A DNA stretch of 64,000 nucleotides from Chloroherpetonaceae bacterium (GCA_033763895.1 JANRJQ010000010.1:2146-66145); one strand, 5' to 3'. Positions 18,826 through 29,175 are shown, counted from the stretch's first letter. Numbers and translations: made by a program. Notes: generated by a model from the letters alone, not told the origin.

Positions 18826-21800
18826 TTGCCCAAAAAGAATATGCCCAAAACGAAACCAAAAAAAAGCGAGGCCGGAGTAAAATACGAGCAAGCCAAACCG
18901 GAAAAAAAATCTCGGCGTGAACCAAAAAAAAGTGCGGTTCAAAATGGCCATTTAAACCGTGTAAGTAATTCAATGAAAGCTGTAATGAAAGAAGCTGTAA
19001 AACCCGAGTCTAATTGGGATGTAAAAAAGGGTGATATTTTCATCAAAGGTGCCAGAACGCACAATCTGCGGAATGTCGATGCGCTTTTTCCACGCGGAAA
19101 GTTAATTGTGGTTACAGGTGTGAGTGGTTCGGGGAAATCAAGCTTAGCGTTTGATACACTTTATGCAGAAGGGCATCGGCGTTATGTAGAGTCAATGTCG
19201 TCTTACATTCGTCAGTTTTTAGAGCGTATGCCCAAGCCGGATGTGGATTACATTCAAGGAATCGCTCCGGCGATTGCAATTGAGCAGAAAACAATTTCTA
19301 AAAACCCTCGTTCCACGGTTGGTACAATTACTGAAATTTATGATTACTTAAGACTACTCTTCGCAAGAATTGGAAAAACCTATGCCCCTGATACCAATGA
19401 AATGGTTCAAAAACATACACCTGATGATGTTCTTCTCCAATTAAAAATTTTTTCGGAAGGGGCAAAATTTTATGTGTGTTTCCCTATTCCACATCATCAC
19501 GATGAAAAAGATAAAGAACGAACTTTTGAAGAAGAACTTCAAACGCTAAAACAAAAAGGATTTTATAGGCTTGTTTCCAGTATCAAAGCCGGAAATGAAC
19601 TTTTTGATTTAAGCGACCCTGAATCAGAAAAAAAATTACTCAAGCTTACTAAATCAGAGAAAGGGCAATTGCTGATTGTTGCCGATCGATTGATTTTACG
19701 CCACACAGAGGAATTACTTTCACGTGTTTCTGAAGCGGTTGAGTCTGCGTTTCGGGAATCCTACGGCTTTTGTACCATTCGAATTGAAATAAATGGAAGT
19801 TACCGAGATCTTTCTTTTAGCGATAAGTTTGAGATTAATGGGGTTGAATATGAAGAACCTTCGCCCCAAATGTTTGCCTTTAATTCTCCGGTTGGGGCTT
19901 GCCCGAAATGTCAGGGGTTTGGGCGTGTGGCGGGTATTGACGAAGATGCCGTAATTCCTAATCGTGCACTGGCTTTGCGCGATGGAGCAATTGTGGCGTG
20001 GAGTGGTGAAAAACACTCTAAACATTTCTTCGACTTAATTCGAATTGCACCTAAGTACGGAATTGACTTAGGAACGCCATACTCATTGCTGCCCACTGTG
20101 GCAAAAAAGATGATTTGGGAGGGAATTCCGAGCGAAAAGTTTATTGGGTTAAATGCCTTTTTCAAATTCATCGAAAAAGAAAGTCTGTACAAAATGCATT
20201 ACCGCGTCTTCTTGAATCGATTCCGTGGCTATTCGACCTGTCCGGAATGTGGCGGTTCAAGGCTTAAGAAAGACGCGCTTTACGTGAAAATTGGAGGTAA
20301 GAATATCGCCGATATTGTTCAAATGACGATTTCGGAGGCAATTGAATTTTTCAAAGCAATCGCGATTTCTCCCTTTGATCGTGAAGTTGCAAAAACACTG
20401 CTCAACGAAATCCAAAAACGCTTGCAATATCTTTTGGAAGTTGGGTTAGAATATCTCACGCTCGATCGACCTGCAAATACCCTCTCAGGCGGTGAATCGC
20501 AAAGAATTAATCTTGCCACTTCTTTAGGTTCATCGCTCGTTGGATCAATCTATATCCTCGATGAGCCTTCGATTGGTTTACATCAACGCGATTCCGCTCG
20601 GTTGATTACGATATTGAAAAAACTACGTGATATTGGAAATACAGTAATTGTTGTTGAGCACGATCGCGAGATTATGGAAGCGGCCGATGTCATTCTTGAC
20701 TTGGGTCCGAAAGCCGGCAGATTAGGTGGTGAACTTGTTTTTCACGGTACGCATTCACAAATTCTTACCGCTCAGCATACACTCACCGGGAAGTATCTGA
20801 GAAATATCAACGAACTGCCTTACCCTGAAAAGCGAAGAAATGTCAAGCTTTCCAATGCCTTGGAAGTAGAAGGAGCTATGGAAAATAACTTGAAAAATAT
20901 TTCAGTCAAGTTTCCTTTAGGGGTTATGACCTGCGTAACCGGAGTCAGCGGGTCGGGAAAATCGACTCTGGTTGGGGATATTCTTTACCTTGGTCTCTTA
21001 AAGCAAAAAGTAGGCACGGCCGAGAAAGTAGGAACTCACAAAGCGCTTAAAGGAGGAGAAAAAGTGAGTAAAGTAGAATTGGTTGATCAATCGCCAATTG
21101 GAAGAACAAGCCGAAGCAATCCGGCAACCTATCTTAAAATATTTGATGATATTCGCACCCTTTACGCTCAAACTCAGGTTGCAAAATTAAAAGGCTGGGA
21201 TGCCGGATATTTTTCATTTAACATTCCGGGTGGCCGCTGCGAAACTTGTGCCGGTGAAGGGTCCGTTCATGTTGAAATGCAGTTTCTTGCCGATCTTGAT
21301 ATCCCTTGTGAAGCGTGTGGAGGAAGGCGATATAAAGAAGAAACACTTTCAGCGGTTTATAAAGAAAAGTCAATAGCGGATGTATTAGAAATGACAATTG
21401 CAGAAGCCCTTAGCTTTTTTTCTGAACACAAAAATATCAGCAAAAAACTTCAGATTCTTGTCGATGTCGGGCTTGGTTATTTGCAAATGGGACAGTCGGG
21501 AAGCACGCTTTCTGGTGGCGAAGCTCAACGGTTAAAATTAGCCTATCATATCTCAAGTGCAGAATCAAAAGAGGCACTCTTTATCTTTGATGAACCAACA
21601 ACCGGGCTTCACTTCGACGATATTCAAAAACTCTTAAAATGCTTTAATCGCTTAATTGAGCAGGGTAATACTTTGGTGATTATTGAACATAATCTGGATG
21701 TCATTAAACAAGCCGATTGGGTGATTGACCTTGGCCCTGAGGCTGGTGATAAAGGGGGGGAGATTGTGGCTGAAGGAACACCCGAAGATATCGCAAAAGC

Positions 21801-21855
21801 AAGGCATTCACTTACAGGAGCTTATCTCAACGAATACTTGTCTGTAAAGAAATGA
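18826..21855 (+). CDS. uvrA: Excinuclease ABC subunit A (start uncertain: TTG 18826, ATG 18841 or ATG 18973)
   Basis: 1009-aa ORF. The conserved core begins near 'IFIKGARTHNLRNV'. It has two ABC modules (GVSGSGKSS / GVSGSGKST; LSGGESQR / LSGGEAQR) and CxxC zinc-finger pairs. The first ~50 aa are a Lys-rich low-complexity region. Confidence 0.9.
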   Translation: MPKKNMPKTKPKKSEAGVKYEQAKPEKKSRREPKKSAVQNGHLNRVSNSMKAVMKEAVKPESNWDVKKGDIFIKGARTHNLRNVDALFPRGKLIVVTGVSGSGKSSLAFDTLYAEGHRRYVESMSSYIRQFLERMPKPDVDYIQGIAPAIAIEQKTISKNPRSTVGTITEIYDYLRLLFARIGKTYAPDTNEMVQKHTPDDVLLQLKIFSEGAKFYVCFPIPHHHDEKDKERTFEEELQTLKQKGFYRLVSSIKAGNELFDLSDPESEKKLLKLTKSEKGQLLIVADRLILRHTEELLSRVSEAVESAFRESYGFCTIRIEINGSYRDLSFSDKFEINGVEYEEPSPQMFAFNSPVGACPKCQGFGRVAGIDEDAVIPNRALALRDGAIVAWSGEKHSKHFFDLIRIAPKYGIDLGTPYSLLPTVAKKMIWEGIPSEKFIGLNAFFKFIEKESLYKMHYRVFLNRFRGYSTCPECGGSRLKKDALYVKIGGKNIADIVQMTISEAIEFFKAIAISPFDREVAKTLLNEIQKRLQYLLEVGLEYLTLDRPANTLSGGESQRINLATSLGSSLVGSIYILDEPSIGLHQRDSARLITILKKLRDIGNTVIVVEHDREIMEAADVILDLGPKAGRLGGELVFHGTHSQILTAQHTLTGKYLRNINELPYPEKRRNVKLSNALEVEGAMENNLKNISVKFPLGVMTCVTGVSGSGKSTLVGDILYLGLLKQKVGTAEKVGTHKALKGGEKVSKVELVDQSPIGRTSRSNPATYLKIFDDIRTLYAQTQVAKLKGWDAGYFSFNIPGGRCETCAGEGSVHVEMQFLADLDIPCEACGGRRYKEETLSAVYKEKSIADVLEMTIAEALSFFSEHKNISKKLQILVDVGLGYLQMGQSGSTLSGGEAQRLKLAYHISSAESKEALFIFDEPTTGLHFDDIQKLLKCFNRLIEQGNTLVIIEHNLDVIKQADWVIDLGPEAGDKGGEIVAEGTPEDIAKARHSLTGAYLNEYLSVKK

Positions 21856-24800
21856 AGCACTTGCATGAAGAAATTGAAATAACACAGCGGCTTTTTGAAC
21901 TTTGGAAAAAAATGCGCCGGAGAATTTGGGAAACAGGCATACTTCAAGTTCTAATGGCGGCTTTGGTAGTGCTTTTCTGTTTTGGTTTAACCGAGTGGAT
22001 TTTTGAGTTTGGTCGGATTGGGCGAGGGTTTTTATTGATTCTTGTACTGACTTCTGTTGCGAGTGCATCGATATACTTTTTATTTCGCCCATTAAAGAGA
22101 TTCCCTTTTAACCGCGAAAGAATGGCCAAACTTATTGGGAATATGATTCCTGAAATAGGCGATAAACTGATAAATGCGTTACAAATCTATCAAGAGTCTC
22201 CTGAGAATGCATTTTCAAGGGCGGCACTGATTTCTGCTTATCAATCTGCTTCTCTATTCAACTTCCAAGCCAAGGTTTATGATGATCGATGGTTCCGAAA
22301 ATTTGGCCCAAGTGTCTTAAGCCTTTCTCTTTTTTCATTATTGCTTTTTCTACCGCCGATTCAACTTTCAGAGCCGTTAAAGCGAATTCTATTTTTTTAT
22401 GAGCACTTTTCACCGCCTGAGAAATTTCAATTAAAAGCGCTTTCTGGAGATTTGGAAGTATTGGCAGGGAAGGAGGCGGTTCTTCAATTTACGATAGTTT
22501 CACTTTTGGAGGGAGTCGACGACTCACCGCCCCACGAAATGAAGATTTTTTTAGTGAATAAAGATGGATTTTCATTCGCGGAGCAGGCGCTTATTGCCGA
22601 TAGTAGCGGCAAATTTAACTTTAAAATGCGATCCGTTAAGGAAGCGCTTCATTATTACGGCGTAGCAAAACTGAACGAAAAAAAAACAATCACAAGCGAC
22701 ACTCATCGCATTGCTCTTTTACAAATTCCTTCGGTTAATTTCTTTCAACTATCCATTAAGCCACCCGGCTATACCGGTTTGCAGCCTGTTAAAATTGAAC
22801 CGAATTTTGGCGATGCCACTGTGATAAGAGGTTCAGAAATTGAATTAAACTTGCGTGCTTCAACAGCGTTATTGAAAGCACGAACCATCATCGATTCCCC
22901 GCTCCCTGATGTGATTGAAATGAGTGTCCGTTCAGATTCTGCCAAAGTAAAACTTTCTATCCGTGAAAATACCACCTATCGTTTTTTGATTGAAGATAAA
23001 AATGAAGTTAAAGGTGAACTTTCTCCGAAGTATCAAATTAAAGCAATAGGTGATAACCCTCCGGAACTAAAAGTTGTAGCACCCTCAACGCCTGAATTCG
23101 ATATTCCCCAATCAATGAAGCTACCCGTGATTGCAAACCTTCGCGATGACTTCGGCTTCAGTCGTTTCTCTCTTTTTTATCGCAATTCAAAATCAAATTA
23201 TAAAGAGCCGGAACAGTTTTATTCCGAGTTAATTCTATCACTTGAATCAGCTGAAGGAAGTAAAACAGAAAAGAGAATCAATTACCAATTCGATCTCTCT
23301 AAAATTCAAATTTCAGAAGGTGATGAATTAGAATTCTATCTCCAAGTTTGGGATAACGATGCGGTTTTAGGATTTAAATCAGTAAAAAGTGAAACTTTCA
23401 AATTAAGACTGCCAACGCTTGATGAACTTTATACTGAAGTCGAAAAAGAAGAGGAAAGCATCTTAAAAAATTTAGATGACAAAATTGAAAAGGCAGCTGA
23501 ATTGCAACGCGAATTAGAAGCAGTTCAAGATGAACTGCGCCAAAAAGTTCAATCCGATTGGCAAGATCGAAAAGCAATTGAACAAGCGATGCAAAAACAA
23601 AAGGAATTGCAAGCGAGCATTGAGGAAGTAAAAAATGAAATGCGTGAGATGCTCTCCAAAGCAGAAGAGCGCGAATTGCTTTCCGAAGAAACATTGAAAG
23701 AATATGAAGAGGTTATGAAATTGATGGATGAAGTGAAATCTGCTGAAATTGAAAAGGCAAGGGCTGAAATGGAAAAGGCGCTCTCTCAGATGAATGAACA
23801 AAAAATGAGAGAAGCATTAAAAAATTTTTCAATGAATGAAAAGAAATTGAAAGAAGTGCTTGAGCGAACAAAAGAATTGCTTACCCGAAAACAGATTGAG
23901 CGCAAAATTGATGAAATGATAACGAGAATGGATGCCCTCTCAGAAAAGCAAGATAAACTCCAACTAAAAACAGAGCGTGAACTTTCACAACCCGCAAAGT
24001 CAGAGAAAGTGCAGGAAGAAAAGGCGGCATCCCTTGCTCAAGAGCAAGAAAAATTGAAGCAGGAGTATCAAGAGCTTCAAGCACAAAACGAGGAATTAAA
24101 GTCGCTTATGCAATCGTATCCGAAGCAAGATAAACTGCCTACAAAGGAACAGCAGGATTTTGAAGAGGAAATGAAGTTTCAAGATGTCACGCGTGAGATG
24201 AATGAAGCAGCAAAAGAAATCAAAGAGAGAAAACTTGAAAGTGCCAAAGAGAAGCAGCAATCTGTACAAGCGAAAATGAAATCTCAAAAAGACCGCCTTG
24301 CATCAATGAAAAGGGAAGTCACCAAACAGCGTAAAGAGGAAGTTTTGGATGCAATGCAAAATCTCGCTCATTCTGCTCTTGAACTCTCTTTGGAACAGGA
24401 AGAATTACGAGGCAATATTGATGAACCTGATATGAATGCCGGCACGGAAGAAATGCGTCAAAAGGCAGCAGGGCAACAAGAGCTTTTGGAATCACTTCGC
24501 CAAATGCAACAATCAATTTCGAATGTTGGAAAAAAATCATCTCAAGTAAGGCAAGAACTTTCAGAATTGCTTCAAAAGGCTGCAAGCCAAATGGAGGCTT
24601 CGATTCGTCAATTGGAAAATCGCAACACACCGGCTGCGCAGCTTGAAATGCAATCGGCAATGCAAAACTTGAATGAATTCGCTAGTCGATCCGCGGAAAT
24701 GATGGCTGCGATGCAAAATCAAGGTCAAGGCGGTGAAGGAGGAGGAGAAGATGGCGAAGATTTGGGCGAATCAATGAATGGTCTCGCGGGCGAACAAGGT

Positions 24801-25313
24801 AAATTAAATGAACAGACTCAAGAAATGGGAAGTCGAGAAGAGCAAAGCAAGTCCGAAAGAATGTCTCAACTTGCGGCACAACAAATGGCTCTGAAAGAAC
24901 AGTTGGAAGGAATTCGTCAAAGGCAAAAGCAAAAAGAAGAAAAAGCGTCAAAAGATGGAAAACCTTCCTCACAAGAGCTTTTAGGGAACCTTGATGAACT
25001 GGCAAGCGAGATGGAACAAACCGCAAAAGAATTGGCGCAAAATCAATTCAATAAGGAACTTGTTTCACGCCAACAAAAAATTCTAACAAGAATGTTGGAA
25101 TCAACCCGTTCTCTTCAAAAGCGTGAGGAAGAGGAGCAACGAGAAGCGAAAAGCGCAAAAAGTATCTTTAAACGATCGCCGGCTGAACTGCCAAAAACGC
25201 CCCCTCCGAACCGACTCCGAGATGCCCTTAAACGTCTAAAAGAACAGGGCTTTACTGAAGATTATGAAAGAATCATTAGGCGCTATTACGAAAAAATCGA
25301 TCAAACTTTATAA
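21852..25313 (+). CDS. Large membrane-anchored coiled-coil protein (DUF4175-like architecture); function unknown
   Basis: 1153 aa. Two N-terminal hydrophobic helices are followed by a ~450-aa globular region and then ~600 aa of E/K/Q-rich heptad-like sequence. The ATG overlaps the uvrA stop (ATGA). The family assignment is from memory of the architecture only. Confidence 0.5.
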   Translation: MKHLHEEIEITQRLFELWKKMRRRIWETGILQVLMAALVVLFCFGLTEWIFEFGRIGRGFLLILVLTSVASASIYFLFRPLKRFPFNRERMAKLIGNMIPEIGDKLINALQIYQESPENAFSRAALISAYQSASLFNFQAKVYDDRWFRKFGPSVLSLSLFSLLLFLPPIQLSEPLKRILFFYEHFSPPEKFQLKALSGDLEVLAGKEAVLQFTIVSLLEGVDDSPPHEMKIFLVNKDGFSFAEQALIADSSGKFNFKMRSVKEALHYYGVAKLNEKKTITSDTHRIALLQIPSVNFFQLSIKPPGYTGLQPVKIEPNFGDATVIRGSEIELNLRASTALLKARTIIDSPLPDVIEMSVRSDSAKVKLSIRENTTYRFLIEDKNEVKGELSPKYQIKAIGDNPPELKVVAPSTPEFDIPQSMKLPVIANLRDDFGFSRFSLFYRNSKSNYKEPEQFYSELILSLESAEGSKTEKRINYQFDLSKIQISEGDELEFYLQVWDNDAVLGFKSVKSETFKLRLPTLDELYTEVEKEEESILKNLDDKIEKAAELQRELEAVQDELRQKVQSDWQDRKAIEQAMQKQKELQASIEEVKNEMREMLSKAEERELLSEETLKEYEEVMKLMDEVKSAEIEKARAEMEKALSQMNEQKMREALKNFSMNEKKLKEVLERTKELLTRKQIERKIDEMITRMDALSEKQDKLQLKTERELSQPAKSEKVQEEKAASLAQEQEKLKQEYQELQAQNEELKSLMQSYPKQDKLPTKEQQDFEEEMKFQDVTREMNEAAKEIKERKLESAKEKQQSVQAKMKSQKDRLASMKREVTKQRKEEVLDAMQNLAHSALELSLEQEELRGNIDEPDMNAGTEEMRQKAAGQQELLESLRQMQQSISNVGKKSSQVRQELSELLQKAASQMEASIRQLENRNTPAAQLEMQSAMQNLNEFASRSAEMMAAMQNQGQGGEGGGEDGEDLGESMNGLAGEQGKLNEQTQEMGSREEQSKSERMSQLAAQQMALKEQLEGIRQRQKQKEEKASKDGKPSSQELLGNLDELASEMEQTAKELAQNQFNKELVSRQQKILTRMLESTRSLQKREEEEQREAKSAKSIFKRSPAELPKTPPPNRLRDALKRLKEQGFTEDYERIIRRYYEKIDQTL

Positions 25314-25323
25314 AACGCGTTGT

Positions 25324-25635
25324 ATGCTTTTACTTTCAAAGGTTAAACGAACCGAATCAAATTCGCTGCGCTTCGATTGGAATGATGGGCAAAGCTCAGA
25401 AATTGAATTAAAAAAAATGCGTGATGAATGTCCGTGTGCGAGTTGCAAAGGAGAAACCGTTCTTTTTGAATCCGCGCCGCCCAAGCTCCCTATCTTTGTT
25501 CCCGGAATGTACGATTTAAAGAAAATCGAAATTATTGGTAACTACTCTTTACAGCCAACGTGGGGAGATGGGCATCAAACGGGTTTATATTCTTTCGACT
25601 ATCTTAAGAAACTTTCTTCACCTGTTGTTAACTGA
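25324..25635 (+). CDS. DUF971-family small protein (gamma-butyrobetaine-hydroxylase-N-like Zn-binding fold)
   Basis: The track ORF 25264..25635 overlaps the previous gene, so the ATG at 25324 is more likely. Pattern: 'LRFDWNDGQSSEIELKKMRDECPCASCKGE...WGDGHQTGLYSFDYL'. Confidence 0.7.
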   Translation: MLLLSKVKRTESNSLRFDWNDGQSSEIELKKMRDECPCASCKGETVLFESAPPKLPIFVPGMYDLKKIEIIGNYSLQPTWGDGHQTGLYSFDYLKKLSSPVVN

Positions 25636-25639
25636 AATA

Positions 25640-26104
25640 ATGGCGAAAAAGAAGGAAGAAGAATACAGCAAAAGTATTTCAAATCGTAAAGCGAGATTTG
25701 AGTATGAAATTCTTGATACCTTTCAAACCGGCTTGATTTTGAAAGGCACTGAGGTCAAATCGATTCGAAAAGGAAAAGCTTCGTTAGAAGATAGTTTCGC
25801 TTTGCTTAAAAATGGCGAGGTCTATTTAGAAAACATGAATATCTCACCGTATGAACTTGGAAATATTCATAATCACGATCCACGCAGAAGTCGAAAGCTT
25901 TTAATGCACAAATCAGAAATTGAAAAACTTCGTTACGATGTTTCTGATAGCGGCCTTACGCTCATCCCACTTCGTCTTTATTTTAATGATCGTGGAAAAG
26001 CAAAAATAGAATTAGCATTAGCCAAAGGGAAAAAGCTACACGATAAACGCGATTCCATTCGTAAGCGAGATGCAGAACGCGAACTGCGGCGTGGTGGAGA
26101 ATGA
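25640..26104 (+). CDS. smpB: SsrA-binding protein SmpB
   Basis: The internal ATG at 25640 gives a 154-aa protein starting 'MAKKKEEEYSKSISNRKARFEYEILD'. It has SmpB motifs 'GTEVKSIR' and 'HDPRRSRKLLMHK'. The upstream part of the track ORF overlaps the DUF971 gene. Confidence 0.9.
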   Translation: MAKKKEEEYSKSISNRKARFEYEILDTFQTGLILKGTEVKSIRKGKASLEDSFALLKNGEVYLENMNISPYELGNIHNHDPRRSRKLLMHKSEIEKLRYDVSDSGLTLIPLRLYFNDRGKAKIELALAKGKKLHDKRDSIRKRDAERELRRGGE

Positions 26105-26131
26105 AAAACGCCCATTCGGGCGATTTTTTTT
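26104..26131. terminator. Bidirectional terminator between convergent smpB and the solute-binding protein gene
   Basis: Stem CGCCC / GGGCG with loop ATTC, A5 upstream and T8 downstream. Confidence 0.7.
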
Positions 26132-26149
26132 ATACTTATCAAAAATCAC

Positions 26150-27883
26150 TTATTCGATTTCCCATTCATAAAATCGATCAAGTGACGAAACAGATGATGG
26201 GCTCGCGTTTTTCACCCGCTTTGATATTCCCGTTAAATTGGTCCACCAATAAAGAATCGTTTCAGGTTGCTCGTCATAAATAATCTTAGCGTATTCTTTC
26301 CAATATTTTGCGGTATTAAGCACATTAAGCTCTCTTCTTCCTAATTCTATCAACTCATCAACGCGAGAATTCTGAAAGCAATTTTGATTGTACGGTGTAT
26401 TCTCAAAATCAGATTTGCGTGTTTCCGCCGGGTCAATGTCAGGTGGAACAACGGCAAATCCAAAAACGAATGCATCAAGTTTTCGATTCCGTATTTGCTC
26501 CTGAAGAATATTCGATTCAACTGATTGGACATTACATTCAATCCCAATTGAACGCAAATTTTGTTGAATCACAGTCGCTGCATAATTACGCCGTTGATTT
26601 CCATTGTTTATAAATAGTGTAAATGAAAATGGTCGTCCATTCTTTGTTAAAATACCATCGGAACCCGGTTTCCAACCATCGGCAGCGAGCAGTTTTTTTG
26701 CCTGTTCAGGGTCGTAGGGGTAAGGTGAAAGGGAAGGGTTTTGAGCCCATTTGCACTCAAGCACCACATCTGAAACCGCCAACTTACCATAGCCCTGTAA
26801 ATGTCCATCCACAATGGATTGGCGGTCAATCGCATAAGTAAGTGCTTTTCGAACGTTTTTTGATCCAAAGAGCGGATGAGGATTGATCTTTAAAGGTTTC
26901 TTTTCTGAGGATTTAAGAGCGATTTCTTTATTGCGATGATAGTCTTCAATATCAATATTCATCCAATTCACAATGTCATAAAAAACATAACCGCGCTCAT
27001 AAACATGAGTTAGGGAATCATTTTTAATCCGAATTGCATCTTCTGGTGTGAGACTTTGAACCATATCCGCACCTCCCGTTTTAAGAAGTGTGATGCGAGT
27101 GGTGTATTCAGGAATAACACGCATCAAAAATTTTTCAATCTTTGGTTTTCCTGTGATAGGAAAATTGTCATCCGCAATAAGAGTGAGTTCCTGATTTTTT
27201 ACCCACTTCGAAACACGGTAAGGGCCACAACTGACAATTTTTTCATTCTTAAAATTTCGTTCATCAGTCCGAATATCTTTGCGGTTGACATTCTTCCAAA
27301 TATGATATGGGATAAAGGCAAGATTGGTGTATTTATATGCAACATGTGCCGGCATCGACTTAGAGAAACGGATAACAAGTGTTTGATTATCTGGCGTTTC
27401 AATAGATTTTTCAAAATCAATACTTCCGTCCGGCTTACGAAGAAAGTCGTCGCAGAAATTTTGTCTCGTTGTGCCAATAATCGGATCTCCATAAAGTTCA
27501 TAACTGAATTTCCAGTCACTTGAAGTTACAGGTGCGCCATCGGTCCATTTCAGGTCGCCGCGTAATTGAACGGTCATTACACGATTGCTATCTGAAAACG
27601 CCCATTGTTGAGCCACGAATGGCTTGTAAATAGTTATCCCAACAGTGGTATCAAAAGTTTCTTCAAACAAATGAGGAAATACAAGGAAATTCATATCTCT
27701 GCTGTTGCTATCCGTAATGAGGATTGGATTCATGTAATCAACATCCGCAACATAAGCGTGTACAAAGGTTTTCGAGTTCTGCTGCGTTTTTGAATTCTTC
27801 GAACACGAAGAAAAAAAGCAAAACACAAGTAGAAGTATTGCAATCGGTATTCTCTTGAAATCATTCATAAGCCCCCTATTCAT
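26150..27883 (-). CDS. ABC-type peptide/nickel family-5 solute-binding lipoprotein (OppA/DppA-like), orphan
   Basis: 577 aa with lipoprotein-type signal 'LLLVFCFFSSCSKN'. Length and sequence pattern fit the SBP_bac_5 fold. No permease or ATPase genes flank it. Confidence 0.75.
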   Translation of the reverse strand: MNRGLMNDFKRIPIAILLLVFCFFSSCSKNSKTQQNSKTFVHAYVADVDYMNPILITDSNSRDMNFLVFPHLFEETFDTTVGITIYKPFVAQQWAFSDSNRVMTVQLRGDLKWTDGAPVTSSDWKFSYELYGDPIIGTTRQNFCDDFLRKPDGSIDFEKSIETPDNQTLVIRFSKSMPAHVAYKYTNLAFIPYHIWKNVNRKDIRTDERNFKNEKIVSCGPYRVSKWVKNQELTLIADDNFPITGKPKIEKFLMRVIPEYTTRITLLKTGGADMVQSLTPEDAIRIKNDSLTHVYERGYVFYDIVNWMNIDIEDYHRNKEIALKSSEKKPLKINPHPLFGSKNVRKALTYAIDRQSIVDGHLQGYGKLAVSDVVLECKWAQNPSLSPYPYDPEQAKKLLAADGWKPGSDGILTKNGRPFSFTLFINNGNQRRNYAATVIQQNLRSIGIECNVQSVESNILQEQIRNRKLDAFVFGFAVVPPDIDPAETRKSDFENTPYNQNCFQNSRVDELIELGRRELNVLNTAKYWKEYAKIIYDEQPETILYWWTNLTGISKRVKNASPSSVSSLDRFYEWEIE

Positions 27884-27900
27884 TTGAATTCAATACAACC

Positions 27901-29175
27901 TTACTGAATTGAATGTATCACAACTCCAGTTAAAACTTTTGGAAAAAAGAAGGTTGATTTTTGCGGCATAACCTCGCCCACTTGTGAGACCGCCTCAACC
28001 TCTTGAATACTAGTTGGATTCATCACAATTCCTATTTGACAGAGGTTTGAAGAAACCTTTTCATAAACCTCATCAAAATCTTTAGAATAATTGAGATTGG
28101 TTTGTGCTGCTTGAGCTTCCTGCGAAATCCCTAAAATTTTCCCGACAATTAATTGATGGAGTACCACAACATCAAGCATCTTTAATTCTTTCGCCATAGT
28201 CTCTTCAATGGCACTTAAAGGAGAACTCACAAGTTTAATTCCATAAAGTCCATTTTTCATTACAATTCCAAACGCATGAGGGGCAGAAGATTTGAGAAAA
28301 GTTTTCATCGAAGCCTTATCTGGGAGAACTCTAACCTCGAAGTGCTTTTTTAGGGAATCGATAAAGATGTTTTCGCTGAAGCTTTCAAGACTGTGAATAA
28401 GCCGATGTGTTGGGAAAATAACAAGACCTTCATCAAAAATATTTGTCATATACATCATTATGAAATTGTATGCTTCATTGCCGGTATGACCCGGGTTTTC
28501 ACTTTGACGAAGATTTCTATAGTTAATTGCTGTTTCATAACGATGATGCCCGTCAGCAATGTACATTTGTTTGGTATGGATGACCTGTTTAACGGTGGAA
28601 ATAATCTCAGGGTCGCTAAGTTCCCATACTTTATTTCTGGTGTTTTGGTAATCCATTGCGTCTATAAATGGCGCCTGAGTTTGGGTAAATTTCTCAATAG
28701 CTTTGTCGCCCAACTTTTCTTGATCAGCATACAGCCCGAAGATTGGGCTGATATTTGCACCCGTTTTAATAAAAAGCTGCAATCGATCTTTCTTTGGACC
28801 CGATAATGTTTTTTCATGTGGAAGCACAACACCCTTTTCAAACTCATAAAGTTTGCAGCGTGCTATAAACCCCTTGCGCGTGTATTGCACACCATCTTTA
28901 GTAGTAAAAGTTTGATGATAAGGGTAAATCGATTCCTTAGTGGAGTTCTTTAAAATACCTTCGCTTAGCCAAGTTTTCAGTCTTTCAGCAGCTGCATCAT
29001 ATTTATTTTCTTCTTTTGGTAACTCAAGACGAATGGCGTTATAAGGAGATGTAGCATAAAGCGACTCCTGCATTGCCGGAGGAATTACATCATAAGGTGG
29101 GCAAAGGACACTTTCAAAATTTGAAATGAATTCGGAGTTATAAATGATTCCTTGAAATGCAGCAATTTCTGGCAT
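27901..29175 (-). CDS. DUF1015 family protein
   Basis: 424 aa with the family hallmark 'YIADGHHRYETA' and overall DUF1015 length. Confidence 0.75.
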   Translation of the reverse strand: MPEIAAFQGIIYNSEFISNFESVLCPPYDVIPPAMQESLYATSPYNAIRLELPKEENKYDAAAERLKTWLSEGILKNSTKESIYPYHQTFTTKDGVQYTRKGFIARCKLYEFEKGVVLPHEKTLSGPKKDRLQLFIKTGANISPIFGLYADQEKLGDKAIEKFTQTQAPFIDAMDYQNTRNKVWELSDPEIISTVKQVIHTKQMYIADGHHRYETAINYRNLRQSENPGHTGNEAYNFIMMYMTNIFDEGLVIFPTHRLIHSLESFSENIFIDSLKKHFEVRVLPDKASMKTFLKSSAPHAFGIVMKNGLYGIKLVSSPLSAIEETMAKELKMLDVVVLHQLIVGKILGISQEAQAAQTNLNYSKDFDEVYEKVSSNLCQIGIVMNPTSIQEVEAVSQVGEVMPQKSTFFFPKVLTGVVIHSIQ

